A stretch of DNA of 63,883 bases, the filler included, from Sluysia triapertura (lineage: Eukaryota): assembly GCA_046118255.1 (NCBI GenBank). It is 5 parts of 5 records of this genome, joined end to end, with 100 filler letters (N's around TTAATTAATTAA, not from the genome) between each part and the next. Parts side by side here need not be neighbours in the genome. Positions count along the whole stretch, not along the records: positions 37,701 to 52,608 come from JBJNIA010244432.1; 4 more parts are not named here. The stretch is one strand, 5' to 3'. Positions 37,701 to 51,659 of the stretch are shown here, in pieces. The notes under the pieces were generated by a model, which was not told where the DNA came from, ran no database searches, and worked only from the letters and a program-made list of their open reading frames with translations. Made by a program: the position numbers and the translations under genes. Each line of letters begins with the position of its first letter. The first letter of the stretch is position 1.

Positions 37701-40569
37701 GAGTTGATGAGATGTTATAAATGTCGAGTGTTGTTTGTGATGATTGAGTTGATGTAGTTCGGTAGTATTAAGTGTGATTGCTTTAGAAATTATGTTTTAG
37801 TGAAATTTAAATCATGGATGCTGATTGTTATGATTTAATAAATTTTAAGTTGTGAGTGTTGACCACTAAGTTTATAATTAAAAGCCGAATGCTTAATATA
37901 ACTTTGCTTTTGTCGCTACCTTTTGACTTGAATTCCCAAACAGATTATTATAGATTAATATTATTTACTTATACGAGCAACTTTAGTGTCATCATAACAT
38001 TTTATATCAATCTTCCATTAAAATTTTTGAAATTGATGATATTTTCGCATTTGGTAATTTAAAATTATAACTAATAGGATATTTTCATTAAAATCCACGT
38101 TAACTGAAAACATACTTCCTTGACCTAGTATCTATAGAATATTATTTAATCAACCATCTGAACTATTGTATTCAAAAACATTTAAATTATCAAATTATAA
38201 ACCAGGAATAAATAAGCTAGTAATTTATTTAATCAATAAATATATTTTAAAGATTGTCATTTATTCTTATTTATGCCATATAAGTTTAATTAAACTGAAA
38301 AAGGAACTTCTATATTTGTAAATGTTTAACATTAAATATAAAAATATTAATTTGATTATTTTAATTATTATCATATTAATTTTTTTACATTTAAATATGC
38401 AATAATTATTTGGGAACAGCCTAAAGCATACTATTATAGGTAACACAATATGCGAAATAAATACATGAAATTTATAGTATAAAAATTATTGTTATTAATA
38501 TTTTTGTGACTTTCATATTTAATATAGCAACTAAGATTTTTCGATGTTATCAATAATATATATATAATACTATTATAAGCTACAGATTTAATGTCCTACT
38601 GATACACCGTTGTTTATCTAATACTACATTCATGCAGCTTATTTTTAAGTTGGTAAATAAATAAATAGCTTTATATTTGAAAATGTTTTACACTTATAAT
38701 ATACAGAAGAGTTTTATAAATATCAAAGTTCAATATATAAAGTTTAAAATAATACATTGTATTGTTATATTTTTAATTAAATGAATAACAAAGATCTCTT
38801 TATTAACTTTATATCAAAATTAAATATGCATAAATGTCAATATAATTGACTTTCTGACTAATGAAATCATTTATAAAGCAAAATATGAAAATCTATTACA
38901 ATTTAATAATAAATCTATTTCAAATAAGATATAAATCAGTTTAATAAAGAATAAATATATTATTAAATACCAGAGGTTGCGTAACATTATAAATCCAACA
39001 ATCAAAAGTCAGATTTTAGTCTACTTCACAGTTTTATAAATCAAATATTGAAATAACAATTTAATAATAATATATGTGTTTTTAACAAAATAGTATTTGG
39101 CTAATCGTTAGAAAATTGATAATCTGACATAACTCTTTTAATTCATTAATCTTAAGGCTACCAATTTTAATATTTAATTATTTAACATTAATTAACTCTT
39201 ACCTCAATAAAATAATAAACTTAATGAATTAAACTTAATGAATTAAAATAATAAACTTATATAATAAAATAAAATAGATAAAAACTTAATTAACAAGTAT
39301 GTTTTTATTCATTCAAATTTATTTAGACATTATTTAACTATAAAATACAAATATTTCTGAACTAGAGGAAAATGTGACCTCATATTAAATATTTAATTTA
39401 ATTTAATATTCTTTGATAGATGTTTGTGTATATTTGAAATATAAATACAATATAACCTATTATTTATTTTATTATTAATATTTATTTCTTTGGTTTATTT
39501 ATTTAATATTTATATATTTTTAAATTTTTTTCAAAATATTGAAAATATTTTAGAATTTAAAGTACCACTATCAATGCAAGTGTTAATTTTTTACATTAAT
39601 AATAATAAAACTAAAATTTTAATTAATCTTAATCATTCAAAATAACAATTAAGTTATCAAAAATTAAAAATCAATCTAAATTTGTACATTTTAATTAATT
39701 TGGAAGATGTTCTAATTTAACAAAGTTTCCATCATGTTTTTTAATATGAGTTTATTAAAAGCAAAAATAGTCTTTCTATTCAAAGAATAACGAAATACAA
39801 TTACTGTCTTGTTTAAATATGTCATTTCTTGTTTGTCAATATTAAATCATATTTATACCTAAACTTTTTCTAATGTACAAAAATAGAGATCTTTCTTACT
39901 CAAAAAATAAAATAATATAAAATAGTTAGGTTGCAAAAATTAATATTTTATAGTTTAAAAGGAATAAAAAATTTGAATTTCTAATATATCATAAATTTAA
40001 TTTAAATTTCAATTTATATATTGTCATAAATTTAATACTTTAAGCTTATTATTCTTAAATCTCCTTTTGCTTTGTATTTATATCAAACACCACATTAAAC
40101 TATAATTAGTAATTAGGATTTTAAACAAGGAGCACTTGATAAAGTAATCAATATTCTTTAAATTTGAAAAATAACAGTAAAATTAATAGTAAATTTAAAA
40201 ATGGAAAAAATGTATCATAAAAGACTGGAATTTCTTTTCATACACAAAACAAACATGTTAAATTATTTATAAACTAATGATATTTGTAAAATAGGCAGTC
40301 TACATATATAATTATTAATATCTATTTGTTATGATTTCGATTTATAAGTAATGATTAATCTTTGTAAGTAAACGTCATAGAAATTTAATGCTACTGAGTC
40401 ATAAAAAATTATAAACAAATAAATGTTCATTTAAATAATAGTACTATTGTTTTATAATCATAAAAATCACATATCATCGAGATGGAATTTTGATTTTAAT
40501 TTAAGAAATTGTAAGACATTACATTTCACAATTTCAAGATATTTCAAAGCACAAAGTCTGCTTTTTCTA

Positions 40570-41862
40570 ATTTTTGTTAATATGCAATATCCCCTAACAA
40601 TTCGGAATAAGGGTCCTTGATGATGTCATATTATATAAAACCCAAATGCTACATTTCAGTACATTTTAATGATTAAAGCGGTTGCATGTCTGTTTCCAAG
40701 TCTCCCATTATTCAGACCATCATAGTGAAATGTTTATGACTTGCAGAATCGGAAAATATTTGTAAAACTTTGGAACCAATGTTATGACTGAAAAGAATTA
40801 CGAAAATTATCATGAAACATCTAAAAATAATAAGTAGTAATAAAATAAAATAAATTTATCACTGAAATTTAAACGATATTTAGGCAAATTCAGTTTTTAA
40901 AATTTCCAATTGTATAAGTAGCTAATAGCTCAATCCATTTTAAAAGTCTAACATTAAAAATAAACTTGAAGAACATCTACTTTTAGCATAACTTACTTTT
41001 AATTCCAAATCCTGATCTATAATAACACAGTTCACGTTTCAAAACCATTAATAAATATAGAAAACAAATCAAATCATAACAAACATCAAAAAAGGTACAA
41101 AATATTTATAAATTATTATAAAATTATAAATCAACTTAATGTAATTAAAATTACATACTTTCGAAAATTATTCATTTGCTAAAAATGGTATTATTTTTTA
41201 ATTAAATTAATAAATTCAGTTGATTTAAAATTATAATGGACTATTATAATTATATGAAAAAATTTTACTATTTTATTTAACTTGTTAAGCTTAAAACTAA
41301 GAAATGTCAACATTAAAAAATCAATAATTTTTAGACTATTATTATTTGAAACTATTAATGCTTGAAACACAATACTGAAAATGTTATATATTTAAAAAAA
41401 ATTATAAAAAATTATTCTGCAATTAAGATTCATCAATCAACTTAACAGGTACTTGAGAAAAACACTATGATAATTGTCATAAAGCAACCATTTAATTCAT
41501 TGTACGTGAATGAACTCTATATCTATAGTTACTTACTTGCTTTATTGGACAAGAAAATTTAATATACTTAAATTAGTACTTAAATGTTATATTAGTTGAA
41601 ATATTTTTAATTTTATTAAATCTATATTAAATTTATATATTAAAGTAATTTTAAAATACTTTTTACTAAAAATAATGCAAATTTAATAACAATAATGATA
41701 ATAATAATAATAGTTATAATAATAATAATGATAATAATAATAATAATAGTTATAATAATTACCCAGTAAATTGATATTTTGGAAATTGATTCATATGTTC
41801 TCGGGCAATAAAATATGATATTATCATTTTCACGAACAGAAAGAAAAAATTCGGACTTTAAG
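40570..41862 (-). pseudogene. Possible Ig-domain/TSP1-like gene remnant
   Basis: Splice-bounded segment 41862-41763 reads LKSEFFLSVRENDNIIFYCPRTYESISKISIYW (Ig B-C strand-like); 40787-40570 reads *WSE*WETWKQTC (TSP1-like) with several stops; no consistent model built. Confidence 0.3.
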
Positions 41863-44800
41863 CTGAATGAAAAGTAAAATTTTATTCTTTTTAATAATGA
41901 TAATAATAATTATTATTCTCACAATGTAACAAGTAAATTATAATGTTCTTAAAACAATTTCCAAAATTAAATTATACAATATTTATTATAATATTTTATT
42001 TTAATTTGACAATTAATTATTAAATTCCGAATTAATGTTGTTTAAAAAATAATAAATTTATAGTACAAATTATAATTTCAAATAAATCTATAAACATATA
42101 AATAATAATAAAATAAAGCTGAAATTTCTTAGTAATTTTAAAATATCTTGTGAAAAAGAGAAAATAATCCAAAATGTAAGAAGGATAGATTATCAAGTTG
42201 TGAGGTTAATGCACAAAACAGATACAGATTCTCAATACAAAACACCAAATAACTAAATAAATTACTAATCCATTACTTTTCAGACGCCATTTTTCACATC
42301 CTGTCTTATGATTCATTCATCAAACTATATCAACTCTAGAGAATGTGAAACACATTCAACACCCATTACACAACTCATGATTCTATCTCCTACCAATCAC
42401 GATTCATTAAAATCATTCAATAGAAAACACTTACAGTTACGCAGCATAAACATTTGCAGACTCAAACAAATAATAATTTTGTAATTCCTCACGCTGAATT
42501 TTTAACACTTTTTCTTACATTTTATATATAATTTCGTGCCACTTTTATTATTTTAATACCACTTTCTTATACCACACACTTCAGCCAAGCTTCCTATTTC
42601 ATTGTCATTGTAAATTTAATAACTTAACAACTCTTACAATGTAGAGCCAAATTTTCAATTAAAACCATCATTAATTACGCAGTCATATTGTACATCTTCT
42701 TGTTCTAACCTTACATAACTATTTAATTCGCCATACTATCTATCCATCAAGTCATAATTAGAACACTAACATTCATTTATAGTTTTATTTTAAATCTTTA
42801 TCTTTGATACCTCAATTAGCAACTTAGAAAACTAAACTGTCATTTGTGTCAAAGAAGAAAAAATGTTTAATCGAATATTTATCAATCAAAAATTACCTAA
42901 AATGCTCAAAAATATTCAAAATTTAATTAGAAAATTTGTCTATGTGGATGATTTAGTAATAACTTCTTGTCATAATTCAATAAAAACAAATTTTGCTTAT
43001 TTTATTTGTGATTTAATCGTCTTGCATTATTCATTATATAACTTTAATATTTTAAATTAATTGAAATTATTTGTTACAGTACAATATGAAATTACATTTC
43101 ACACATTTTTAATAACAGAATTGAAATGAAATTTTTTTAGCGTTTTTGCTTTTCTTCAATTAACTGCAACCTTTAAAGTGTCTTCAGCATGTAATTTTAA
43201 AACTCATGTTTGTTTTAACAATATCAAAATCAGAGTAACCAAAAATATTATTTACTCGAAATGAAATAACCAAATTTTTATTCATTTTTTCACAAGAATG
43301 ATTTTTAATTTTTATAACATTATAGGTTGTATTTTAATTGTAGTAATCCTCCTAATTGAAGAACACTAATACATTAATATAACGATAAATAAATGTATTG
43401 GTTTTTGGATGTTATAGAAGAATTAATAAAAATATGCCATATTAATAATATTCTCTTGATATTTCACACTATCCATTTCGTACCTTATAAATCGGTGTGC
43501 GGACCCTTTCTGATGTTAATGCAGATATATCAAACGCAAACATCAGAAAAATGCATCTAATTATTGTATCGGAAAAATAGTCAAAAAGAGTAAGGATCAA
43601 ATAACAGCGTCAGTAGAACAAAAAAACTTGTAAATAAATACCAACAAACACAACCACAGAATAAATGAATGTGAATGTACATTTGAATTGCAATGCGGCC
43701 AAATCAATGTCATATAAATAAATTAAATAATGTATAAATGAAATTGTTTATATTATGATGATAATATATAGTATAACATTAGATAACGATAGAAAGAAAT
43801 TGGCCATATAATAGAATTAACTAGTGATAAGTTATTATGGAATTAAAGAGAAATTAAATGACCTTAATATTACTAAAATAATACTGCATAAGAACTTTAC
43901 AGAAAATAAATGAACCATAAAAATAACGCATTCCAAAAGTTTGTGCACACATGTAGTCAGCTTATTTGTATCAATTCATTATTTGGGACTAACGCATTCA
44001 GTTATTCGAAATTTTTCTAGTTATTCACTAATAGTAAGTATAGCAATTAAATTTAAAATCACTATTTTACTATTTTTTGAACTATAGTTATATAATTATT
44101 ATATAATTTTATTTTGTTAAAAGTGTCGTACTTTTAGTTAATTACTTTACTTTCTGTGTATAAATTTGCACTTCCGTATCTAAAAAAGAACAATTATAAA
44201 CTGATTTGAAAGATCTAATTTACAAAATGAAAAATAGAAAAATTTAAATTTAAAAATCAACTAAAAAAATTAACTAATTTAGTAATATTTTTGATTATAT
44301 AAATTTAAATAATAAGTAAGAATAATTTAAAAATTAAAATAATGAAAAAAGTTTAAATTTATGTGATTTGGCTTAAACTAAATATAGCATTATCATCGCC
44401 AATATAATGATTGATTTACATTATCAAATATTACAAATTTTAAAACCAACTGAAACAATAAATATAAAAAAAAGATTCATAATTTATATTTATTTTATTT
44501 TAATAATGATTTAATTAAATTATTTTTAATTATCAAACATTTATAGAAATTTGTGGATTATTAAACCAGAAACATTTATGCTTATTAAAATAAAATCGAT
44601 TATAGAAAAATATTCCGATTTAAATAAGTACTTATTTGAATTGATATAATCTAAGTACCTTTTTATCCTTATTTTATTACTTTAGTGCTCATATTTTATT
44701 TTGTTATTTATTTAATTATTATAATATTTATTCTTAATTTAAATTCTTTACTAAACAAAGCTTGTATCTATAAGTAAAAGGAATACTAAAAGCTTAATAA

Positions 44801-47571
44801 ATATTTTACTTACTGAGGATTCTGTGTTGACCATAATATTGAATGATTTGTCAAACATAATCCACCAATCACAGATGATAACAACAATAATACTGAAACA
44901 CCAACAACACCCGATGTTGACAAAAGATCAGTCATTTTACATTGTCATATCCGTAAAGTTAAACAAATACATTAAAAATCATAACAAAATCAATTAAAAC
45001 TGATATCATATATAAACAAATGTGTAATGTCAAAAAGTAGAACCTATTAATCAAATAATAGGTTACATTTCTCAAACAATTAAAGCGCCAATAAAAATTC
45101 AAAATAAAAATATAAGAATATTATTGGTTAGTAATAATAATAATAAGATTAATAATAATAATAATGATAATGATAACAATAATAGCCTAGAATATAATGC
45201 TGTGAATGCATTTCATTAATAAATGTTCGTATTCGGTTTCCTACGTGTTTAAATTTCTGATGGCTTTGAAGTTGTCTCCTATTCAAGAGATGAAAGTGAT
45301 AAATTTAATAATTGAAATAAGATAAAACTTCAATTTGTCATACTCAAAATAAATAAACTCTTAATACTCTAAAGTATATTTGATAACGATTATGATTTAA
45401 ATACTTAGTTAACTTAAAATAACTTTAAACATGAAACTCTCTTTTCATCCTTGGTCAAATTGCTGATATTAATCAAATAATAAAATCGAATAAATACTAA
45501 CTTTATTATAATAATATTTCGATTGAACCAATATAAGTCAAACCATGTAGTGTTTAATTAAGTATCAAATGGAATTTAAAGTTAAATCCAACAGCATTGA
45601 ATATCATTTCAATATTTAATCAAATCTATGATAATTAATATTTTTAAACCAAATTGAATAATTTTTCATTTATAACATAATCGATTTTAATCAAAATAAA
45701 ATGAATTGCTCAGGACCCGAAATCCTGGCATTATCGTTGAAAATAATGAATTTGTTTTTTTAGATCTGTCCAATTAATTCAATTATGTTTGACTCCACTC
45801 CATTTTAATTCAATAATTTTATATAAGATGGGATATTCGTTGTATGGCTCACCGACAAATTGTAGTTAAATAAAATTTAATCAATATTACATTTATGAAT
45901 AACTCTAAATCAAGTAAAATCAAATATGATCTCTCTGACAAGTACATAATTAAATAAAGTATATAAAAATATGATTAATGATCAACTGTTATTTTTGGCT
46001 GCTTTACTCAATCTATTATTCTTAAAAATAGTTCTCGACTTTTAATAACTTTTGCTGTTAACTAAATATATTTAAATATAGTAATTTTAACTTTATATTT
46101 CATAATTTATTTTATATCAATATAATCATGTCTAATTTTCTCTTCATTTCTGAACTCTTTTCATTAATGCAATCGTCTCTTTTCTGATTTGGCGTGGAGG
46201 TTTTATTGGTGGTTTAATACTTTTTAGAGCGGATATAATTTTTATTGTTTCCGAAAAAGCGGTTTGGCCTAGACAAAAGTTTAAGGAAATATGATTGATT
46301 AAACGTTTTCTATTTGATTTTGATATAGGTTTTGATTAGAATGAAAGTATTAAATTTAGATTTAATAAATTAAAAATTGAGTTTTTTGTTTTTGGTTTAC
46401 ATGGATTTAGAGTTTATTGTTTATGTATTTTAAGTAGTCAACGTTAGTTAATGAGTCGCATGCAATTACTTAATCTAACACATAAACATACTTAGATCAT
46501 TTATACAAGAATTTAATACATTATTATATATTATTCGGTTAATTAATCTATTATTATTTATTATTATTATTTCTTGATAAACTACAATCGAAATTAAGTT
46601 AAATTAAAACCAATTGATTTTGTGAAGTATTAGTTATGTGCTTTTTGATTTAATAAAAGTTTACTTTTCAGTTAATAGAATTACTTTTGATTCTTTAACA
46701 GAAACAAATACAAATTTACAGACGAAGATAAATGTTAAAATAAATATATCTTTTGCATAATTTTACAAATTTTTAAGTGTTAAGTTTAATCCACAAATTG
46801 AATTATTTTATTTGTGTGTGCAAATAAAACACCAGCAACTCAGTGCAGCAAGATTCTTATTATTGCTATGCTTCTATATTCAAGTTGAGTAGTAAATATT
46901 ATAGAAATAAAAAATAAAGTAAGTAAATATAAATATGTAAGTAAAAATAAATATGTAAAGAGAGTTAGAAGATGATTATTTACACATCTACTTTAATATC
47001 TTTAGCTTATTATATGACTCAAGAGATTTTTGTACTAAGTTTTCTGCAATATTTAAGATTGCGTTCTTAATTTTTTACTTAAAATCAATTTCCTATTGCG
47101 CTACCATTTCAGAGTAGCTTATTAAAATTCATTATTTAAAATTTGAAAAAGTGATTAATTTTGTAATCCTTTTCAAAAAGTATTATTATATTAATAAGTT
47201 GTACCTTATTTCAAACCTTATTAAAATCATTTACTAAAATCTTTGATTATTTCTTAAAGGTTAAATTTCAGAACCTTATCAAAATCATTTCAGTTTTTAA
47301 AAGTTCAAGTTAGGAACCTTATTAAAATATTATTATTTCAGGTTCGATTTAAGAACCTTATTAAAATATATTGATTTAATTTTTGTGTAAGTGATTAATT
47401 TATTAGGAGTTTACGAAAAAGCATTATAACCTCCATTTATTTGCATATATTAAATCCATAGAAAAGTCCAACGACTGGCCCTAACTGGTAAGTCCAGTAC
47501 ATTGGTGAACTCACCTAAAGCTTAAGCTAAGTTTTTATTCTATTCACTTACTTTTCTCACATAGAATAAAC

Positions 47572-47589
47572 TGGTGCTCAGAGTGAGGA
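47572..47589 (+). promoter_or_regulatory. Primer-binding site, most similar to the complement of a tRNA-Ile(UAU) 3' end
   Basis: TGGTGCTCAGAGTGAGG vs TGGTGCTCCAGGTGAGG expected from my recollection of vertebrate tRNA-Ile(UAU). Confidence 0.55.
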
Positions 47590-48039
47590 CCAGTATTGAC
47601 ACAATAATATAAAATTAATAAATAATTAATTAGATTTTACAATAGAATTGAATTTGAAAAAAATTTGAGGACCAGTACTGCAATAATATTAATAAATATA
47701 TAAGATTTTTAGAAGAATTAACAAGATTTTTAAGACGAATTTGAGATTTTTAAGAAGAATAAACATAAAGATTAAGTAATTTAGAAGATATTTGAATAGA
47801 ATTGACATAAGAATTAAGTATTTAAGAAGAATTTAAAGATTAATATTAAATTTAAGAAGAATTAATATTGAGATTTAAGATTTTTGGAATAATAGTATCA
47901 AGATTTTGTTAAGAATAAGATAAATTTAAGCAAAATTATTACTCCCTAAGCTGATTATTAATAGATTGAGTATGTTTTAAGAAAAATAGAGAAACACATT
48001 GTATTATACGAAGATTACAGATCAAAATTAATCAATTAT

Positions 48040-49960
48040 ATGGCTTTACATAATGAATTTAAAGAATACATGGCACAATTAACCAGAGAAATTCGTCCAT
48101 TAATGTCTTTACCTGAAATGAAAAAATTTGACTGTGCAGAGGAAGATCTCTGCAATTTCCTACTTGAATATGAAAGTATAACAGAAGCAAACGGCTGGAA
48201 TGAAGCCGAGAAAATAAAACGGATCCAAAATTATTTAACTGGAGTGACCATCCAAACATATAAAGAAATAAGTAATAATAATAAGCAAACATGGAATGAA
48301 TTTGTTAATGTATTTTCAGAAGAAGTAACACTCGATTATATGGGTAAATATTATGCTAAAATTCTCAATACTATGATACAAAAACCTAATTAGTCTGTAT
48401 ATGAATATGCTTGCGATCTTAAAAGCCTTGTTGCTAGAGATAAAATCCCTGAAGACAAAAAAATAACATTAATAGATAAATTAGAAACTGGATTACGACC
48501 TGAATTAATAACTTATGTTACCTTAATAGAAGGAAAACCTTTTAAAGAAGTAATTAAGAAACTAAGGAGTATAGAACTCTCAATCAAGTATAAGAAAAAT
48601 AAGAATAATATTGATTACATACGCGATAATGAAGAAAAAGGAGATAAAAGCCCAAAATTAACAAGAAATAATTATGATAATAATAAATTTAACTCACAGA
48701 ATTATGAAGACTATAATGATAGTAATTATAGTCAGGAACGACATAATAACCCACGTAGAGGCAATAATAATTCAAATTCAAATAATTATAGAGGTAATAA
48801 TAGAAGTAATTCAAATAATTACAGAAACAGTTCAAACAATTACAGGGGTAGTTCACATAATTATTATAGAGGAAATAATAATAGAGGATTCCAAAATAAT
48901 AGAGCAATTAATTATAGTGCTTCTAATTATGAACAGAGACCAGCACCGAGATAGCCACCAAGTTCTAATTTTAACAGGAATAGAAACAAGAGTCCAACAA
49001 GATATGAAAATAATAAGAACCAAACTAATATAGATGGAGAATTAATCTGTGACAACTGTAATAAGAAGGGACATTATGCAAGAGATTGTAGGAAGTTAAG
49101 GCAAAATGTATTTACTCAGGATTTTAATAAGGTAAGAGGACGATACCGAATAGGAAGGTGAGGTTTAATGACAATAATAATAATAGGAATAATGAAAGAC
49201 AGGTAAATTGTAATTATAGAATCCAAAAAGATTGTGGAAATGAATATGAAGATGAAGAACAACAGCATAAAGAAGAAAGAAACAGAAGCAGAAGACAATC
49301 AAGAAGAAGAGAAATGAGTAGTGACGAAGAAGATGATAAATATCTCAAATTAATTTCTGATGAAGAAAAGAACGAAATGCTACGGGAATTCTGTATCACT
49401 GCATTAGATTGTGATAAGAATAGGTTTAAGAATAAAAAAGAGGAAGAAATCTTTATGAGTTATATGCACGACAGGTATTTAGAATTTCAAAAAGATAAAC
49501 AAAGAAGTGAACAACGAGAAATAGAAGAAAATAGACTAACAATTCAACCAAATCAGGTTATAATACAGGAACTATTAGAAAAACCCTCCGAAGAAATTAT
49601 TGAACAAATAAAGGAGATAAAAGAAGTAATATCAAATGAAGATAAAAGAAAAATAATTCAAGAATTAAACGACAAATGGGAAGGAAAGACGAAGAAGCTA
49701 GAATTAAATAAGCCAATTGATAAAGAAATAGAAAGTAATGATGAAATAGAAGAAGAATCAAGTACAGAATGAATTCCAACAGAAGAAGAATCAAGTACAG
49801 AATGAATTCCAACAGAAGAAGAATCAAGTATAGAATCAAGTTCAACCGAAAAAGATAAACAACCAAATAATGTTAGAGAAGTAGAAACAGATATAAAATA
49901 TATCATTTACAATAAAGAAACAGATGATGAAGAAATACAAACAGAAGAAATGGATGTGCT
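48040..49960 (+). pseudogene. Retrotransposon gag with CCHC zinc knuckle and acidic extension
   Basis: FLLEYESITEANGWNEAEKI...TWNEF; SVYEYACDLKSL; GLRPEL; N/R-rich tract; CDNCNKKGHYARDC at 49048-49089; in-frame stops at 48391 and 48952, frameshift near 49160. Confidence 0.88.
49748..49830 (+). repeat. 33-bp tandem repeat, 2.5 copies
   Basis: AGAAGAAGAATCAAGTACAGAATGAATTCCAAC at 49748 and 49781, partial at 49814. Confidence 0.95.
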
Positions 49961-50829
49961 GGTCAACCTTTAATATTATTAAATTTTATAAAAATCCTTT
50001 AACATTTCAACATTCATATATTTATTTTCTCTGCATACACTAAAACAGTTCATCTACCAAAGTCAATTCATATCCACATTCTCATAACATATAAACCACA
50101 TGACATCCAATGCCATCAAATTACATTAACAAATTCATCAAAAAAATATTTTACTCGACATTCATAACAATCAAACTACAACCACATTCGAAATTAGCCA
50201 CCCGACACCTTCGAATCAATCCAACATTTTAAATTCATCTTTTTTATCATATAATCCCTAACAGCACAAAAGATGATACCACTTGAAAATAGCAAGAGAA
50301 CAAATCACATTAACAACATTGTACAATCACCTTTCGAACATAATAAGAGTTGGACTATAATTTATCTTTTTCACATTCACTAAACCACACTTTTCTCAAT
50401 GTATCTTTAGGTCACAATCTTCCAATATTCAAACATTACTTCCAGTCTAAAACATTAATCACCATGTAAAAATTCATTCAAACGACGTACATTTTACTCC
50501 ATAGTATTAGAACTGCTGTCGTACATTGAAACGTCAATTATATATGTAAAACTCACTTAAACCAACAATTACTTGAAGATCTTTAGTTTTAAATATATGT
50601 ACGTATTTAAATTTATGTAAATATGTTAAGAAATCTTAAAGGGTTTAAAGTAAGATCATGTACAGTTTTTAAAGAATTCAAGATTTTATGCATTTTAATA
50701 ACAATAATAACTATAACATCGTTCCTCTTGTTATTATTGTTATTACATTCACTTCAATAATTTTTAATTTTAGATTCAAATATTTCAAGAAATATAAAGA
50801 AAAGTAAATAAAGGTCAAGTAAAATTTAG

Positions 50830-51650
50830 AAAGAATTTATGTATTTTTAAATATTTTGTATTTAATTAATGTTAATAATAATAACAACATTATTGTTATT
50901 GTTATTAACATTTAACTTCATAATTTTATGCAATATCAAAATTAGTATCTACTATCAGCAGTACTAACATTGCTGATTACCATATATAAATTCATGTCAG
51001 CACTCAATTGTTCTATTTCTGATGTTATTTCCACAAAACACAAAAAAACAGATCAGTAATCATAAGAAATTGTTAAATATTGAAATGTCTAGCACTGAAC
51101 AAAAATGTGTGACATATTACAGTTTGCTTATAATGATCTTAAAGGAAGTATTCGCTCATAATCTGATGATTTACTTGCAATGTTTCTTCATTTAGTAAAA
51201 TAAGAAATTTTACCTATAACTACAACTAAAGATAACAGAACTATTACTATTATTAAAGTAAAATATAATGATTTGATAATGCGAACACCAATTTACGATA
51301 TTTCCGATATTATATTAGTAAATACAGCGGATCAAGTAACATTTCGTTACATAATCGACTTCGATCACTGTCGATATTTCAATTATCAATTTTAGATTTA
51401 GAATCCACTAATACTTCAGATGATTTCTACCATAGATCAACAACTAATGATAATCCTAATTTACTGTGTTTCGATTTTATGACAAAGTAAAGATAAGCTG
51501 GAGTTACATGTTTGTCTGATTAATGCAATGATGGTAGTAATTAATGTTGGTTCATTTTTTTCGAAGTGTTGTAACGGTACTTATTCAAAAAGTCAATCTT
51601 CGGCAAGTACTTATAAAAATTATCCTTATTTGGAATCCATCTAGTCATAT
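50830..51650 (+). mobile_element. Diverged third cassette head followed by a decayed ORF from ATG 51085
   Basis: 50939-50974 matches 915-950 at 25/36 ungapped positions; upstream TGTTAATAATAATAACAA..TATTGTTATT and downstream TGTCA..ACT also match; mostly open frame 51110-51645 with scattered stops. Confidence 0.5.
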
Positions 51651-51659
51651 TCGTTAAAG

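Larger units (their letters stand above)
46778..49965 (+). mobile_element. 5' part of a Ty3/Gypsy-like LTR retrotransposon (LTR, PBS, leader, gag); pol absent
   Basis: PBS TGGTGCTCAGAGTGAGG at 47572; LTR end shared with 16290-16380; gag from ATG 48040; LTR start coordinate approximate. Confidence 0.8.

Noticed and set aside
43450-43980. SWIM/MULE transposase remnant (CECTF..., LCTHVV)
   Set aside because: The two motif halves are ~250 nt apart in broken frames; too weak to call.
36563-48393. Stop-codon reassignment to explain in-frame TAG/TAA
   Set aside because: GLG1, FERM and FHIP1 exons contain no in-frame stops, and the affected ORFs also carry frameshifts.
48059-49906. Overlapping alternative-frame and antisense ORFs over the gag region
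   Set aside because: Shadows of the low-complexity gag coding sequence.
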